Below are positions 30,696-39,674 of a stretch of DNA of 64,000 nt, in pieces. Source of the DNA: Polyangiales bacterium (lineage in GTDB: Bacteria; Myxococcota_A; Polyangia; Polyangiales; Ga0077539); NCBI GenBank assembly GCA_044229975.1, contig JBGARZ010000003.1:160001-224000 (forward strand). The letters run 5' to 3'. Each line of letters starts with the position of its first letter. The stretch's first letter is position 1. The notes beneath the pieces were generated by a model. The model ran no database searches and was not told where the DNA came from. It saw nothing but the letters and a program-made list of their open reading frames with translations. Both the position numbers and the translations under genes were made by a program.

Positions 30696-31435
30696 TCGAG
30701 TTTCGCGGCATCCGGAAGGCGTTCGGTCCGAAGACCGTGCTCGACGGGGTCGACCTCACCATCCCGGATGGCGAGGTGTTCTTCCTCATCGGGGCTTCGG
30801 GCGCGGGCAAGAGCGTGCTCATCAAGCACCTCATCGGGCTGCTCAAGCCCGACGCGGGCGAGATCTTCCTCGACGGCCGCGACGTCTCGAAGCTCGACAC
30901 CGCGGCGCTCTACGAGGTGCGGCGCGTCTGCGCGATGGTCTTCCAACACTCGACGCTCTTCGACTCGATGAGCTGCGCGGAAAACGTCGCCCTCCCCCTC
31001 CGCAAGCACCGCGGGCTGTCCATGAAGGACGCCCTCGCGGAGGCTCGGCGACGGTTGGAGGTGGTGCACATGCAGGCGTACGGCGACCGCTTCCCGGCCG
31101 AGCTCGGCGACGGGATGCGCAAGCGCGTGGCCATCGCGAGGGCGCTCACCGTCGACCCGCGCTACGTGCTCTTCGACGAGCCCACCACCTCGCTCGACCC
31201 GGTGAGCGCGCGGCGCGTCGACCGGCTCATCCGCGAGCTGTCGGACAAGCTCGGGGTCACGAGCGTCGTGGTGTCGCACGACCTCGCGTCGATCTTCAGC
31301 ATCGCCGACCGCATCGCGTTTCTCTACAAGGGCAAGCTGCGGAAGGTCGGCACACCCGGGGAGTTTCGCGAGAGCGAGGACGCGATCGTGCGGCAGTTCA
31401 CCCGCGGAATCGCGGAAGGTCCGATGGAGGTGTGA
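30692..31435 (+). CDS. MlaF/Mkl-like ABC ATPase 2 (degenerate signature LGDGM)
   Basis: GASGAGKS, MVFQ, LGDGMRKR, LFDEP, VSHD. Confidence 0.9.
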   Translation: MIEFRGIRKAFGPKTVLDGVDLTIPDGEVFFLIGASGAGKSVLIKHLIGLLKPDAGEIFLDGRDVSKLDTAALYEVRRVCAMVFQHSTLFDSMSCAENVALPLRKHRGLSMKDALAEARRRLEVVHMQAYGDRFPAELGDGMRKRVAIARALTVDPRYVLFDEPTTSLDPVSARRVDRLIRELSDKLGVTSVVVSHDLASIFSIADRIAFLYKGKLRKVGTPGEFRESEDAIVRQFTRGIAEGPMEV

Positions 31436-31475
31436 TGGTGATGGCGTTCGACGGTAGTCTCCGCGGCCAACGCTG

Positions 31476-32495
31476 ATGGCCGCCGCGCGATCGATCGAGG
31501 TGAAGGTGGGGCTCCTGGTGCTGGTCGCCGGCGGTCTCCTCGTGGCGCTGGTGCTGGTGATGGGAGGGCTCCACTTCGGCAAGCGCTTCTCCATCGCCGT
31601 CGACTTCAACAACCCGGGCGGTCTCCAGGGCGGCGCGCCGGTGAAGATCGCAGGCGTGCGGGTCGGCGCGGTCGATCGACTGGAGTTCCGTGGTCCACAG
31701 ATCGACCCGCGCACGCAGCGCAGTTCGCTGGTGCGGGTGCACATCGAGGTCGACGAACGCTACCGACGCGAGCTGCACTCCGACGCGGCCTTCTACGTGA
31801 CCACCCAGGGTGTGCTGGGGGAGCAGTTTCTCGCCATCGACCCGGGCTCAAGCACCCGACCGGCGCTCGACATCTCGCGGCCCGTCGAGGGCATCGACCC
31901 GCCGCGCATCGACCTCTTCGTAGCGCGGGCCTACACGCTGCTCGATGACACCGTCACGGCGATGCACAACAACCGCGCGCAGATCGGCGCGATGGCCGAC
32001 GACCTCTCTGGGGTGCTGCACGACACGCGCGACCTGCTCCACCGCAACACCGGGCGCGTCGACTCGATCCTCGAAAACACCGACCGGCTCGTCCGCGACA
32101 CCGACGGGCTCGTCAACGCGACCCGCGATCGCTACGTCGATGGGCCGCAGGCGCGGCGCATCATCCAACATGCCGAGTCGATCCTGACGACCATCGACCG
32201 CGACGTCCCGGCGCTCTCGCGGGATGCCCGTTCGCTCATCAGCCGGCTCGACCACATCGCCCAGGGCGTGGGCGACCCGCAGATCCAGGACCTTCAGCAC
32301 ACGCTGCGCGAAGTGCGGACGCTCAGCGAGCGGGCCAACGCCGTGATGACCGACGTGCAGTCGGTCAGCACGCGGGTGCGATCGGGGCACGGAACGGTCG
32401 GAGCGCTCCTCATGGACGAGGAGATCTACGACGACCTCCAGGAGATGATCCGCGACCTGAAGCACAACCCCTGGAAGTTCTTCTGGCGCGAGTAA
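31476..32495 (+). CDS. MCE/MlaD domain protein with long helical extension
   Basis: EVKVG..TM; GLQGGAPVKIAGVRVGAV; GVLGEQFLAI; GTVGAL..NPW. Confidence 0.92.
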   Translation: MAAARSIEVKVGLLVLVAGGLLVALVLVMGGLHFGKRFSIAVDFNNPGGLQGGAPVKIAGVRVGAVDRLEFRGPQIDPRTQRSSLVRVHIEVDERYRRELHSDAAFYVTTQGVLGEQFLAIDPGSSTRPALDISRPVEGIDPPRIDLFVARAYTLLDDTVTAMHNNRAQIGAMADDLSGVLHDTRDLLHRNTGRVDSILENTDRLVRDTDGLVNATRDRYVDGPQARRIIQHAESILTTIDRDVPALSRDARSLISRLDHIAQGVGDPQIQDLQHTLREVRTLSERANAVMTDVQSVSTRVRSGHGTVGALLMDEEIYDDLQEMIRDLKHNPWKFFWRE

Positions 32496-32637
32496 AGCCG
32501 AGGGGCTTGCACGGATATCAGGGTTGTCGAGGCGTTCCGCCCTTGCGGGAACATTCCCTTGATGGCACAAAGCTCTCGACGCGAGTGATGCGTTCGAAGT
32601 GGTTGGAGTTGCGCCGAGGCGCTGAGGAGAGTCGTCG

Positions 32638-33429
32638 ATGAGCCAGCAGCAGAAGGAAGACTCCGTGATGTTCTCGCTCCGGAGCCTGATGGAGATCGAA
32701 GAAGATCGCATCAAGCAGGAAGAGGACGAGAAGAAGCGCGCGGAGGACGGCGAGCGGCTGCGGCTGGAGGAGGCGCGGCGTCGCGAGGAAGAGGCCCGGC
32801 TGGCGCAGGTGCGCGCGGCCGAAGAGGCCCGCGCGGCCGAAGAGCGTCGGCGTCGCGAGGAAGAGGAGCGCGTCCGGCGCGAGCGCGAAGAGGCCGAGCT
32901 GCGCATCCGACTGGAGGCCGAGTCGAAGCAGCGTGAGCGCGAGATGCAGCTCCGCATGGAGCAGGAGCAGAAGCTCGCCGTCATCGAGTCGCAGAAGAAG
33001 AAGGGCGTCAACCCGGCGGCGGTTGCGGGCGGCGTCTTCGTGCTCATCGGCGTGCTCGGTGCGGGTGTGTTCTTCGGCGTGATCAAGCCGGGGCAAGAGG
33101 CGCGAGCGGCGGAGGCGGCGCGCAACGAGACTCAGCGGCGTGAGTCGGAAGAGCGGCGCGTGGTGGCCGAACGCGCGGCGGAAGAAGCCCGTACTCGCGT
33201 CGCCCAGGCCGAGGCCGCGCAGCGGGCCCAGGCGGCGGCGGCGGCTCTCGCGGCACAGAACGCGGCGGCCCTCGCGGCGGCCAATCCGGCGGTGCCGAGC
33301 GTTGGGCAGCATCCCACGGGGGCGTCTCGGCCCCACTCGTCGGGTGGCGGCACGCGTCGTCCGGCGCGGCCCGCCGGCGGCGGCGGCAGCAGCTCCAGCG
33401 AGCCCGACCTCGGCGATCTCGGCCTCTGA
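32638..33429 (+). CDS. Hypothetical bitopic membrane protein with E/R-rich helix
   Basis: GAGGAG SD; EDSVMFSL motif; charged helix; single TM; Ala-rich helix; ends DLGDLGL. Confidence 0.8.
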   Translation: MSQQQKEDSVMFSLRSLMEIEEDRIKQEEDEKKRAEDGERLRLEEARRREEEARLAQVRAAEEARAAEERRRREEEERVRREREEAELRIRLEAESKQREREMQLRMEQEQKLAVIESQKKKGVNPAAVAGGVFVLIGVLGAGVFFGVIKPGQEARAAEAARNETQRRESEERRVVAERAAEEARTRVAQAEAAQRAQAAAAALAAQNAAALAAANPAVPSVGQHPTGASRPHSSGGGTRRPARPAGGGGSSSSEPDLGDLGL

Positions 33430-34178
33430 TGCGGAGGGTTCTGCTCGGGGTGCGGGCGGTGAGAGAAGCGCTCGCGGCCCGCGCCCAATCCATCGCCATC
33501 ATCTACCTCCACGAAGACGGCGCACGTGGTGCGCTGCGGGACGTGTTCAACGACGCGAAAAACCGCGGCGTCGCCACCGAGCTGCGCCCGATGGCGGAGC
33601 TCGACGCGCTCGCCGAGGGCGATCGTCACCAGGGCGTCATCGCGCTCTCGGGTGAGGACTTCGCCTACGCGAGCTTCGAGCAGGTGCTCGATCGCGCCAT
33701 CGCCGCGGGCCCCGTCGGCTTCCTCGTCGCCCTCGACGAGGTGACCGACCCGCACAACTTCGGCGCCATCATCCGCTCGGCCGTCGCGTTCGGCGCCGCG
33801 GGCATCATCACCATGAAAGACCGCGCATCCCCAGTGACCCCGACGGTGGTGCGCTCCAGCGCCGGGGCCACCGAGCACGCCACCATCGCGCGGGTGACCA
33901 ACCTCTCGCGCGCCCTCGACACCATCCGTGAGGCGGGCATCCTCGCGGTGGGCCTCGACGCCGAGGGAGCGTCCGAGCTCGCCGCGACGGACCTCACGGT
34001 GCCGTGTGTCGTGGTCATCGGCAGCGAGGGGCGTGGTCTGCGTCGCCTCGTGCGCGAGCGCTGCGACGTGCTCGCGAAGATCCCCATGGCGGGCCCCATC
34101 GCCTCGCTCAACGCCTCCGTCGCCGCGGCCATCACGCTCTACGAGCTGACCCGGCAGCGCGCCTCCGCCGCCCGTTAA
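33429..34178 (+). CDS. rlmB: 23S rRNA Gm2251 SPOUT methyltransferase
   Basis: HQGV, DPHNFGAIIRSA, IGSEGRG, SLNASVA. Confidence 0.93.
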   Translation: MRRVLLGVRAVREALAARAQSIAIIYLHEDGARGALRDVFNDAKNRGVATELRPMAELDALAEGDRHQGVIALSGEDFAYASFEQVLDRAIAAGPVGFLVALDEVTDPHNFGAIIRSAVAFGAAGIITMKDRASPVTPTVVRSSAGATEHATIARVTNLSRALDTIREAGILAVGLDAEGASELAATDLTVPCVVVIGSEGRGLRRLVRERCDVLAKIPMAGPIASLNASVAAAITLYELTRQRASAAR

Positions 34179-34207
34179 CCATCCCCGACATTATTTTCCA
34201 GCGCGTC

Positions 34208-34235
34208 GGAAACCCTTCGCCCGGCTCCCTCCGAA
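34208..34235 (+). promoter_or_regulatory. Possible ECF-sigma promoter
   Basis: GGAAACC-N16-CCGAA just before the small ORF at 34260. Confidence 0.35.
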
Positions 34236-34259
34236 GAGCGCGCGGAAGGAGTCACGCAC

Positions 34260-34454
34260 ATGATGGATGGCACTCAAGGCTTCGGTCGGCTTTCACTTCT
34301 CCGGGGGATCACGACAGGGGGCATCCGGCGCGTTCGACAGCGCGTCATCGTGCTCTACGAGCACAACCCTGGGTACTGCGTGCGCCCGACGGCGAGCGCG
34401 GAGGTCATGCCCTGGGACGACGCGCCCGAGATCACCGAGGTGGACGACGAGTAG
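34260..34454 (+). CDS. Small hypothetical protein (64 aa)
   Basis: SD GGAAGGAG at 34244-34251; fills the gap between genes; high GC3 in the 3' half. Confidence 0.55.
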   Translation: MMDGTQGFGRLSLLRGITTGGIRRVRQRVIVLYEHNPGYCVRPTASAEVMPWDDAPEITEVDDE

Positions 34455-34461
34455 ACCCTCG

Positions 34462-37353
34462 TCAGCGTCGTCCGACGATGGACAGACGCACCACCCGCCG
34501 CTGCCCCGCCCGCTCCAGATCCACGATCACCACCGATCCACCGAGACCCGCCAGTCGCGACAGCGCGTCGGGTACGTCCCGTGGTTCGCGCCCGTCGACC
34601 GACACGATGGTGTCGCCGACCTGGATGCCCGCGCGCGCCTCGACCGAGTCGTCTTCGACGCGGTCGACGAGGTAGCCGTTGAGCGTGCGGGTCAGCGACA
34701 CGCTCGACGGCACCGCGGCGGAATCGCCCGTCAACACCGATAGTCTGAGGCGAACGCCGCGCACCTCGGTGCCTCGCAGCACGCGTACCTCCTGCGGATC
34801 AGACCGGGCGCGACCGCGGTGGTCGGCCACGAGGGAGCGCGTCCCTTCGGGCACGGTCGGCAGAACGAAGTGCCCCGAGCGGTCGGTGATCGCGGCGGGT
34901 TGTTGCTCCGCGGCAGAGGCCGCCAAGACGCGGACCGAGGCGCCCTCCACCGGGTCGCCGCGGTCGTCGAGCACCTCGCCGCTCACGGCTCCGCCCGCAC
35001 GAAGCTCGAAGGTGCCGAGGTCGACGGTCGCGCCCGCCACGCGGAGCTGACGCTCGACGGAGACGCAGCCCGGCGCAGAGAGACGGAGCGTCGCGGCGCC
35101 GTCGCACAGGTGATCGATGGCGAGATCGCGCGAGTCACGCAGGGAGAACACCACCGGACCGCAGGCGCTCTCGACGACGCCGCGTGGGGCGTCGCTCGCG
35201 CAGCCGTCGTCGCGCACCACGCCGCGGAGGGACGCTCCGCGAACGAGCTCGATGCGCACGGGTTGTGACACCTGCGGGAGACGGATCTCGCGAGGCGCGA
35301 AGTCGGGGTGCCGCGCCGCGATGGAGACGCCCGCGCGACCGCCGACCGAGACGGTGAAGGTTCCGTCGGGAGCAGCGACGCCGGTGCTGGCGCCAGCCGC
35401 GGCCGAGTCCAGCGAGGTGACCGTGATGGCAGCGCCGCCGACCGGGAACCCGCGCTCGTCGACCACCCTCCCCTCGATCTGTCGGAGGTTGCCCGCGAGG
35501 ACCAGCTCCAGCGGGACGACCGCGCCGTCGCCCAGCGTGACCTCGGCGCGCGCGACCACGCGGCCGGCCATCCACGCGGTCACCGTCGCCGGACCGTAGA
35601 TGCCGATGAAGTTGAAGGTTCCGTCGAGGGTGGTGAGCGCGCGCTGCGGCATCGGGTCGGACGGGCTCCGCAGCTCGATCTCGATGCCCGCGGTGGGCAG
35701 TCGGCGCTCGCTGACCACGCGGCCGCGGAGCGTTCCGCCTGGGTGGAGGATGATCTCCTGCTCGGTGGAGCGCGCCGCGATGAGCGTGACGGGCGGCGCC
35801 ACCGCGCGGGCGTATCCGGGGTGCGACACGCTGACGACGGCGCTGCCGGGCGGGAGGTCGGTGATGTGGAAGCGCCCATCGGCGTCGGTGCGAAAGCCCA
35901 CCGTGTCGACGGTCGCAGCGAGCGCGCCGGGCACCACCGGGACGATGGGAACGCGCCCCGGGAGCACGCCGAGATCGCCGCGCGGGACGAGCGAGGCGGG
36001 GCGACCCGACTGGGCGTTGAAGAGCGCGTCTTGAAAGCCGGTCGAGGCCGCGGTGACCCAGCGGGGACGGTTGTCGAGGTCGCGCGCCACCACCTCGACC
36101 TGGGCGTTGGCGACCGCCCTCCCCCGCACGTCGAGGACGATTCCGTCGATGGTTGCCGCCGGGTCGAGCCGCACCGCGAGCGCATCACCGCCGGGGATCA
36201 CTGGCATCGCCTCGCGCGGCGCGTACCCCGGCAGGCGCACCCAGAGCGTGTGCGTGCGCGGCAGCATCCCGTCGAACACGAAGCGCCCATCGTCGCCCGT
36301 GGACGCGGCGCGGGGCGCCGTGGAAATACCGTCCTCGGTAAGAGCAACACGGGCACCGGCGAGCGCGCGGCCGGTCGCGGCGTCGGTCACGACACCCGAA
36401 AGGCTCTGCCCCGGGCCGAGGGTACAGCGGACGGCGCGGTTCTCACCGGGCTCGATCCAGAGCGGGGCGATGGGCTCGGCGACGTCGGTGCCGCGGCTGG
36501 CGCGAACCTCGTAGACGCCACCCGGGAGCGACGGCATCGCGAAGTGCCCCTCGGCGTCGGTGGTGGCCGATCGCGGCGGCCAGACACCAGAACCCGAGAC
36601 GATGACCGACGCGCCCGACACCGCGAGGCCCGAGGCGTCGACGACGGCGACCTGCAACGTGGCGAGCGCGCGGAGCGTGAGAGGGAGGTCGGTGGTGGGC
36701 GCGGTCACGCCGATGCGCTGGAGGGCCTCGTAGCCCTCGGCGATGACCTCGATGCGCCAGGTTCCGGGCGAGAGACCGTCGAGGCGGAAGCGACCCGTGG
36801 CGTCGCTGCGAGTCGCGACGCCGGGGTCTTCGGCGGCGGTGGTTCCCTCGCGGGTGGCGCGGAGCAGCACGGAGCCGAGCGCGGTGCGGGTGGCGCCGCG
36901 GAGCGCGACGGTGGTGCCGTCGATGGAGGCCGCGGGGCCCATGGTGAGCGCGATGGACTGCGCCGGCCCACGCACCCGTACGGGGCGCACGACCCGCGCA
37001 CGACCCGGCGCGGTGACCTGCACCCACCACGACCCGAGCGGGAGATCCTGCACCTCGAAGCGACCCGCGCCATCGGTCGGGACCGCCACCACCGGGAGGC
37101 TCAGCCCCTCACGCACGGCGATCCAGCGGAGCGTCGCGCCCGCGATGGGGCGGCCACGCTCGTCGGTGATGCGCCCCGACACCACGCCTCCCGCGACGTG
37201 CTCCCGTCCGGCGGGAGACACGGCCATCACGCGCCGCGCGGAGACCACGCCCGGGCGGAGGCGCTCGGCGTAGCGGTCGCGGAGTGTGAGCGCACACACG
37301 ATCAGGCCCAGCAGGGCGGCCGGAGGGCGCATCGTCTTCCGGGGCAGCGACAC
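34462..37353 (-). CDS. Carboxypeptidase regulatory-like (transthyretin-fold) repeats with a C-terminal PDZ domain
   Basis: Repeated GxVxD..GRP..GA..TD..GRF motifs; C-terminal AGIQVGDTIVSVDG. Confidence 0.88.
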   Translation of the reverse strand: MSLPRKTMRPPAALLGLIVCALTLRDRYAERLRPGVVSARRVMAVSPAGREHVAGGVVSGRITDERGRPIAGATLRWIAVREGLSLPVVAVPTDGAGRFEVQDLPLGSWWVQVTAPGRARVVRPVRVRGPAQSIALTMGPAASIDGTTVALRGATRTALGSVLLRATREGTTAAEDPGVATRSDATGRFRLDGLSPGTWRIEVIAEGYEALQRIGVTAPTTDLPLTLRALATLQVAVVDASGLAVSGASVIVSGSGVWPPRSATTDAEGHFAMPSLPGGVYEVRASRGTDVAEPIAPLWIEPGENRAVRCTLGPGQSLSGVVTDAATGRALAGARVALTEDGISTAPRAASTGDDGRFVFDGMLPRTHTLWVRLPGYAPREAMPVIPGGDALAVRLDPAATIDGIVLDVRGRAVANAQVEVVARDLDNRPRWVTAASTGFQDALFNAQSGRPASLVPRGDLGVLPGRVPIVPVVPGALAATVDTVGFRTDADGRFHITDLPPGSAVVSVSHPGYARAVAPPVTLIAARSTEQEIILHPGGTLRGRVVSERRLPTAGIEIELRSPSDPMPQRALTTLDGTFNFIGIYGPATVTAWMAGRVVARAEVTLGDGAVVPLELVLAGNLRQIEGRVVDERGFPVGGAAITVTSLDSAAAGASTGVAAPDGTFTVSVGGRAGVSIAARHPDFAPREIRLPQVSQPVRIELVRGASLRGVVRDDGCASDAPRGVVESACGPVVFSLRDSRDLAIDHLCDGAATLRLSAPGCVSVERQLRVAGATVDLGTFELRAGGAVSGEVLDDRGDPVEGASVRVLAASAAEQQPAAITDRSGHFVLPTVPEGTRSLVADHRGRARSDPQEVRVLRGTEVRGVRLRLSVLTGDSAAVPSSVSLTRTLNGYLVDRVEDDSVEARAGIQVGDTIVSVDGREPRDVPDALSRLAGLGGSVVIVDLERAGQRRVVRLSIVGRR

Positions 37354-37406
37354 GGGGCTCCGTGCTATTCCCGACCGGCACCCGTACGCCAGCGGGTAAC
37401 GGACAA

Positions 37407-38474
37407 ATGCACTCCAAGCGCACCGACCCGCACGCCCACGACGAGCGCCCGACTCCCCCCGTGGTGCGCCCCGCCACCATCCCCGACGACGCGCTGTGTT
37501 CGGTCTTCGAGGTGCGGGCCGACCGCGCGGGCATGCGCCTCGACCGCTGGCTCGCGCTGGAGCTCACCCGCCTCACCCGGACGCGCGCCACGGAGATCGT
37601 CACGCACTTCGCGTTCTCGGCGCAGGGCAAGCTGCTCGGGCCGTCGCATCGGGTGCGTGCGGGCGAGGTGATCGCCCTCTACCGGCCGCGCTGGGAAGAG
37701 CCCGCCGCCCCGCGCGAGGTGACGATTCTCTACGTCGATGACCACGTCATCGCGGTCGACAAGCCCCCGGGGCTGCCGGTGCACCCGACGGCGAAGTTTC
37801 ATCGCAACACGGTGACGAGCGTGCTGGCCGAGCGCTTTCCCGACGAGCGCGTGGTGCTGGCCCACCGCATCGACCGCGAGACCTCTGGCGTGCTGCTCGT
37901 CGCCCGCTCGCGCGAGGCCGAGCGCAACATGAAGCAGGACTTCGCCGAGCGCCGCGTGCACAAGACCTATCACGCGCTGGTGCACGGCGTGATCGAGGCC
38001 GATCACCAGGTCATCGAAGCTCCCCTGTGCCTGCACGGCGGCGACGTCGGCGTGAAGATGTGCGTCCGCCCGGTGACCCGGGGCGGTATGCCCTCACTCA
38101 CGCGCGTCGAGGTGCTGGAGCGGCTCAACGGGTTCACCCTGGTTGCAGCGCGACCGGAGACCGGGCGCCAGCACCAGATCAGGGTGCACCTCGCGCACGT
38201 CGGTCACCCCCTCGTCGGCGACAAGCTCTACGCGCACGGGGACGAGATGTTCCTGGCGTGTCTCGACGAGGCGCCGGACGAGGAGCGCATGAAGGTGCTG
38301 TTGCTCCCGCGGCAGGCCCTGCACGCCGCGTCGGTGACCATCACGCACCCCATCACCAAGGTTCCGCTGACGGTCGACGCGCCGCTGCCCGAGGACATGG
38401 CGGCCTTCTGTCGCGAGCGCCGCGTGGTCGATCTCGACCGGGCCCCCCCAACGGTGATACGCCCACCAGGGTGA
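37407..38474 (+). CDS. RluA/RluD family pseudouridine synthase
   Basis: S4-like RLDRWL; VDKPPG, HRIDRETSG, TGRQHQIRVH, GDKLY. Confidence 0.95.
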   Translation: MHSKRTDPHAHDERPTPPVVRPATIPDDALCSVFEVRADRAGMRLDRWLALELTRLTRTRATEIVTHFAFSAQGKLLGPSHRVRAGEVIALYRPRWEEPAAPREVTILYVDDHVIAVDKPPGLPVHPTAKFHRNTVTSVLAERFPDERVVLAHRIDRETSGVLLVARSREAERNMKQDFAERRVHKTYHALVHGVIEADHQVIEAPLCLHGGDVGVKMCVRPVTRGGMPSLTRVEVLERLNGFTLVAARPETGRQHQIRVHLAHVGHPLVGDKLYAHGDEMFLACLDEAPDEERMKVLLLPRQALHAASVTITHPITKVPLTVDAPLPEDMAAFCRERRVVDLDRAPPTVIRPPG

Positions 38475-39046
38475 ACCGACTCTCCGCCTTCGTGGTGTTG
38501 GCCGCGCTCTCCACGGGATGCGCGAGCATGAGCAGCGGCCCCACCGTCACGGTGCGAGCGTTTGCCCCCGAGCTCTCACGCTACTTCGACGACGCGGCGG
38601 ACTTCATCGAGGACGTCGACGCCCTCGGCGGCCGCGTGGCCTCCGACTGGCGGCGCCAGGTGCGCGGGCTCTCCGCCGAGAGCGACCTCATCGTGGCCGT
38701 CCGCATCGAGACCGTGACCCTCGGCGACGACAACGCCACCAGCCGCGCCTACCGCCTCACCGCGGCCGCGGCGCGCGACCCGCTGGCGGGCGTGCTGCCC
38801 GCTGACCGGCGCGTCGACCTGCGAGTGACCGAAGGGGAAAACGGCTTCAACGCCATCCGGCAAAACGAGCAGCGGTTGCAGTCGAGGACCTTCCTGCTGT
38901 TCGTTCGTTGGTACGACGACGAGGGCGTGCGGCGGGCGCATTGGCACCTCTCACCGGAGACCGAGGCCCTTACCCGGCGGGTGCGCGAGGTCGCGGGCAT
39001 CAACGACCCCAACGCTCCGCGCGAGACGATCGTCCAACAGAACTAA
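38471..39046 (+). CDS. Hypothetical lipoprotein
   Basis: GTGA overlap with the pseudouridine synthase; signal ending LSTGC. Confidence 0.7.
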   Translation: MNRLSAFVVLAALSTGCASMSSGPTVTVRAFAPELSRYFDDAADFIEDVDALGGRVASDWRRQVRGLSAESDLIVAVRIETVTLGDDNATSRAYRLTAAAARDPLAGVLPADRRVDLRVTEGENGFNAIRQNEQRLQSRTFLLFVRWYDDEGVRRAHWHLSPETEALTRRVREVAGINDPNAPRETIVQQN

Positions 39047-39660
39047 CCAGGCAGCGCCGACGGCAGCGCGCCGTTCATCAACACCTGCGCGTCGTCGTGG
39101 GCCGAGAGCGCGGCGACGACGAGCGGGTGCGCGTCGGGCTCGTTGCGGAGGTAGTCCACCTCGCCGAACTCCGGGCGTATCGGAAAGGCCAGCCGCTCAC
39201 CGTCGACGGAGAAGTGGGCGTCGACACCGGGTCGATTGCCGCGCGCGTCGAAGCGCACCCACCGGCCGAGCGGCGCGAGGAAGACGGTGTTGAGCCCGTG
39301 CACCGTGTAGCCGGCCGAGGCGTCGGCGTCGTTGAGGGTGAGGCGCTGGTAGCAGAGCCCGGCAGGCACGCCCGCGCGGCGCAGCAGGGCCGCGGCGAGG
39401 TGGCTCTTGGCGTAGCAGAGGCCCTCGCGGTAGCGCAGCACGTCCGAGGCGACGCAGGTCACGCGGCGACCGCCGATGTCCCACGAGTGGCTCACCTCGT
39501 CGCGCACGAACAAGAACACCGCCTCCGCCGCCGCGACCGGATCGAGCCCGCGCAACCGCGCGTCGACGAAGGCCGCGATGTCGGGCGAGTCGACGTCGAT
39601 GACCGGCGTCGCCTCGAGGAAGCGCGAAAGGGGTTGGTCGGTGTGCAGGAGGTCGGACAT
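39043..39660 (-). CDS. Transglutaminase-like family protein
   Basis: GLCYAKSHL, HGLN and RFDAR provide Cys-His-Asp. Confidence 0.88.
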   Translation of the reverse strand: MSDLLHTDQPLSRFLEATPVIDVDSPDIAAFVDARLRGLDPVAAAEAVFLFVRDEVSHSWDIGGRRVTCVASDVLRYREGLCYAKSHLAAALLRRAGVPAGLCYQRLTLNDADASAGYTVHGLNTVFLAPLGRWVRFDARGNRPGVDAHFSVDGERLAFPIRPEFGEVDYLRNEPDAHPLVVAALSAHDDAQVLMNGALPSALPG

Positions 39661-39674
39661 TCGCTCGCTCGCGC

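Noticed and set aside
32563..32577. TGGCAC as a sigma54 promoter for the 32638 gene
   Set aside because: There is no GC at the required -12 spacing.
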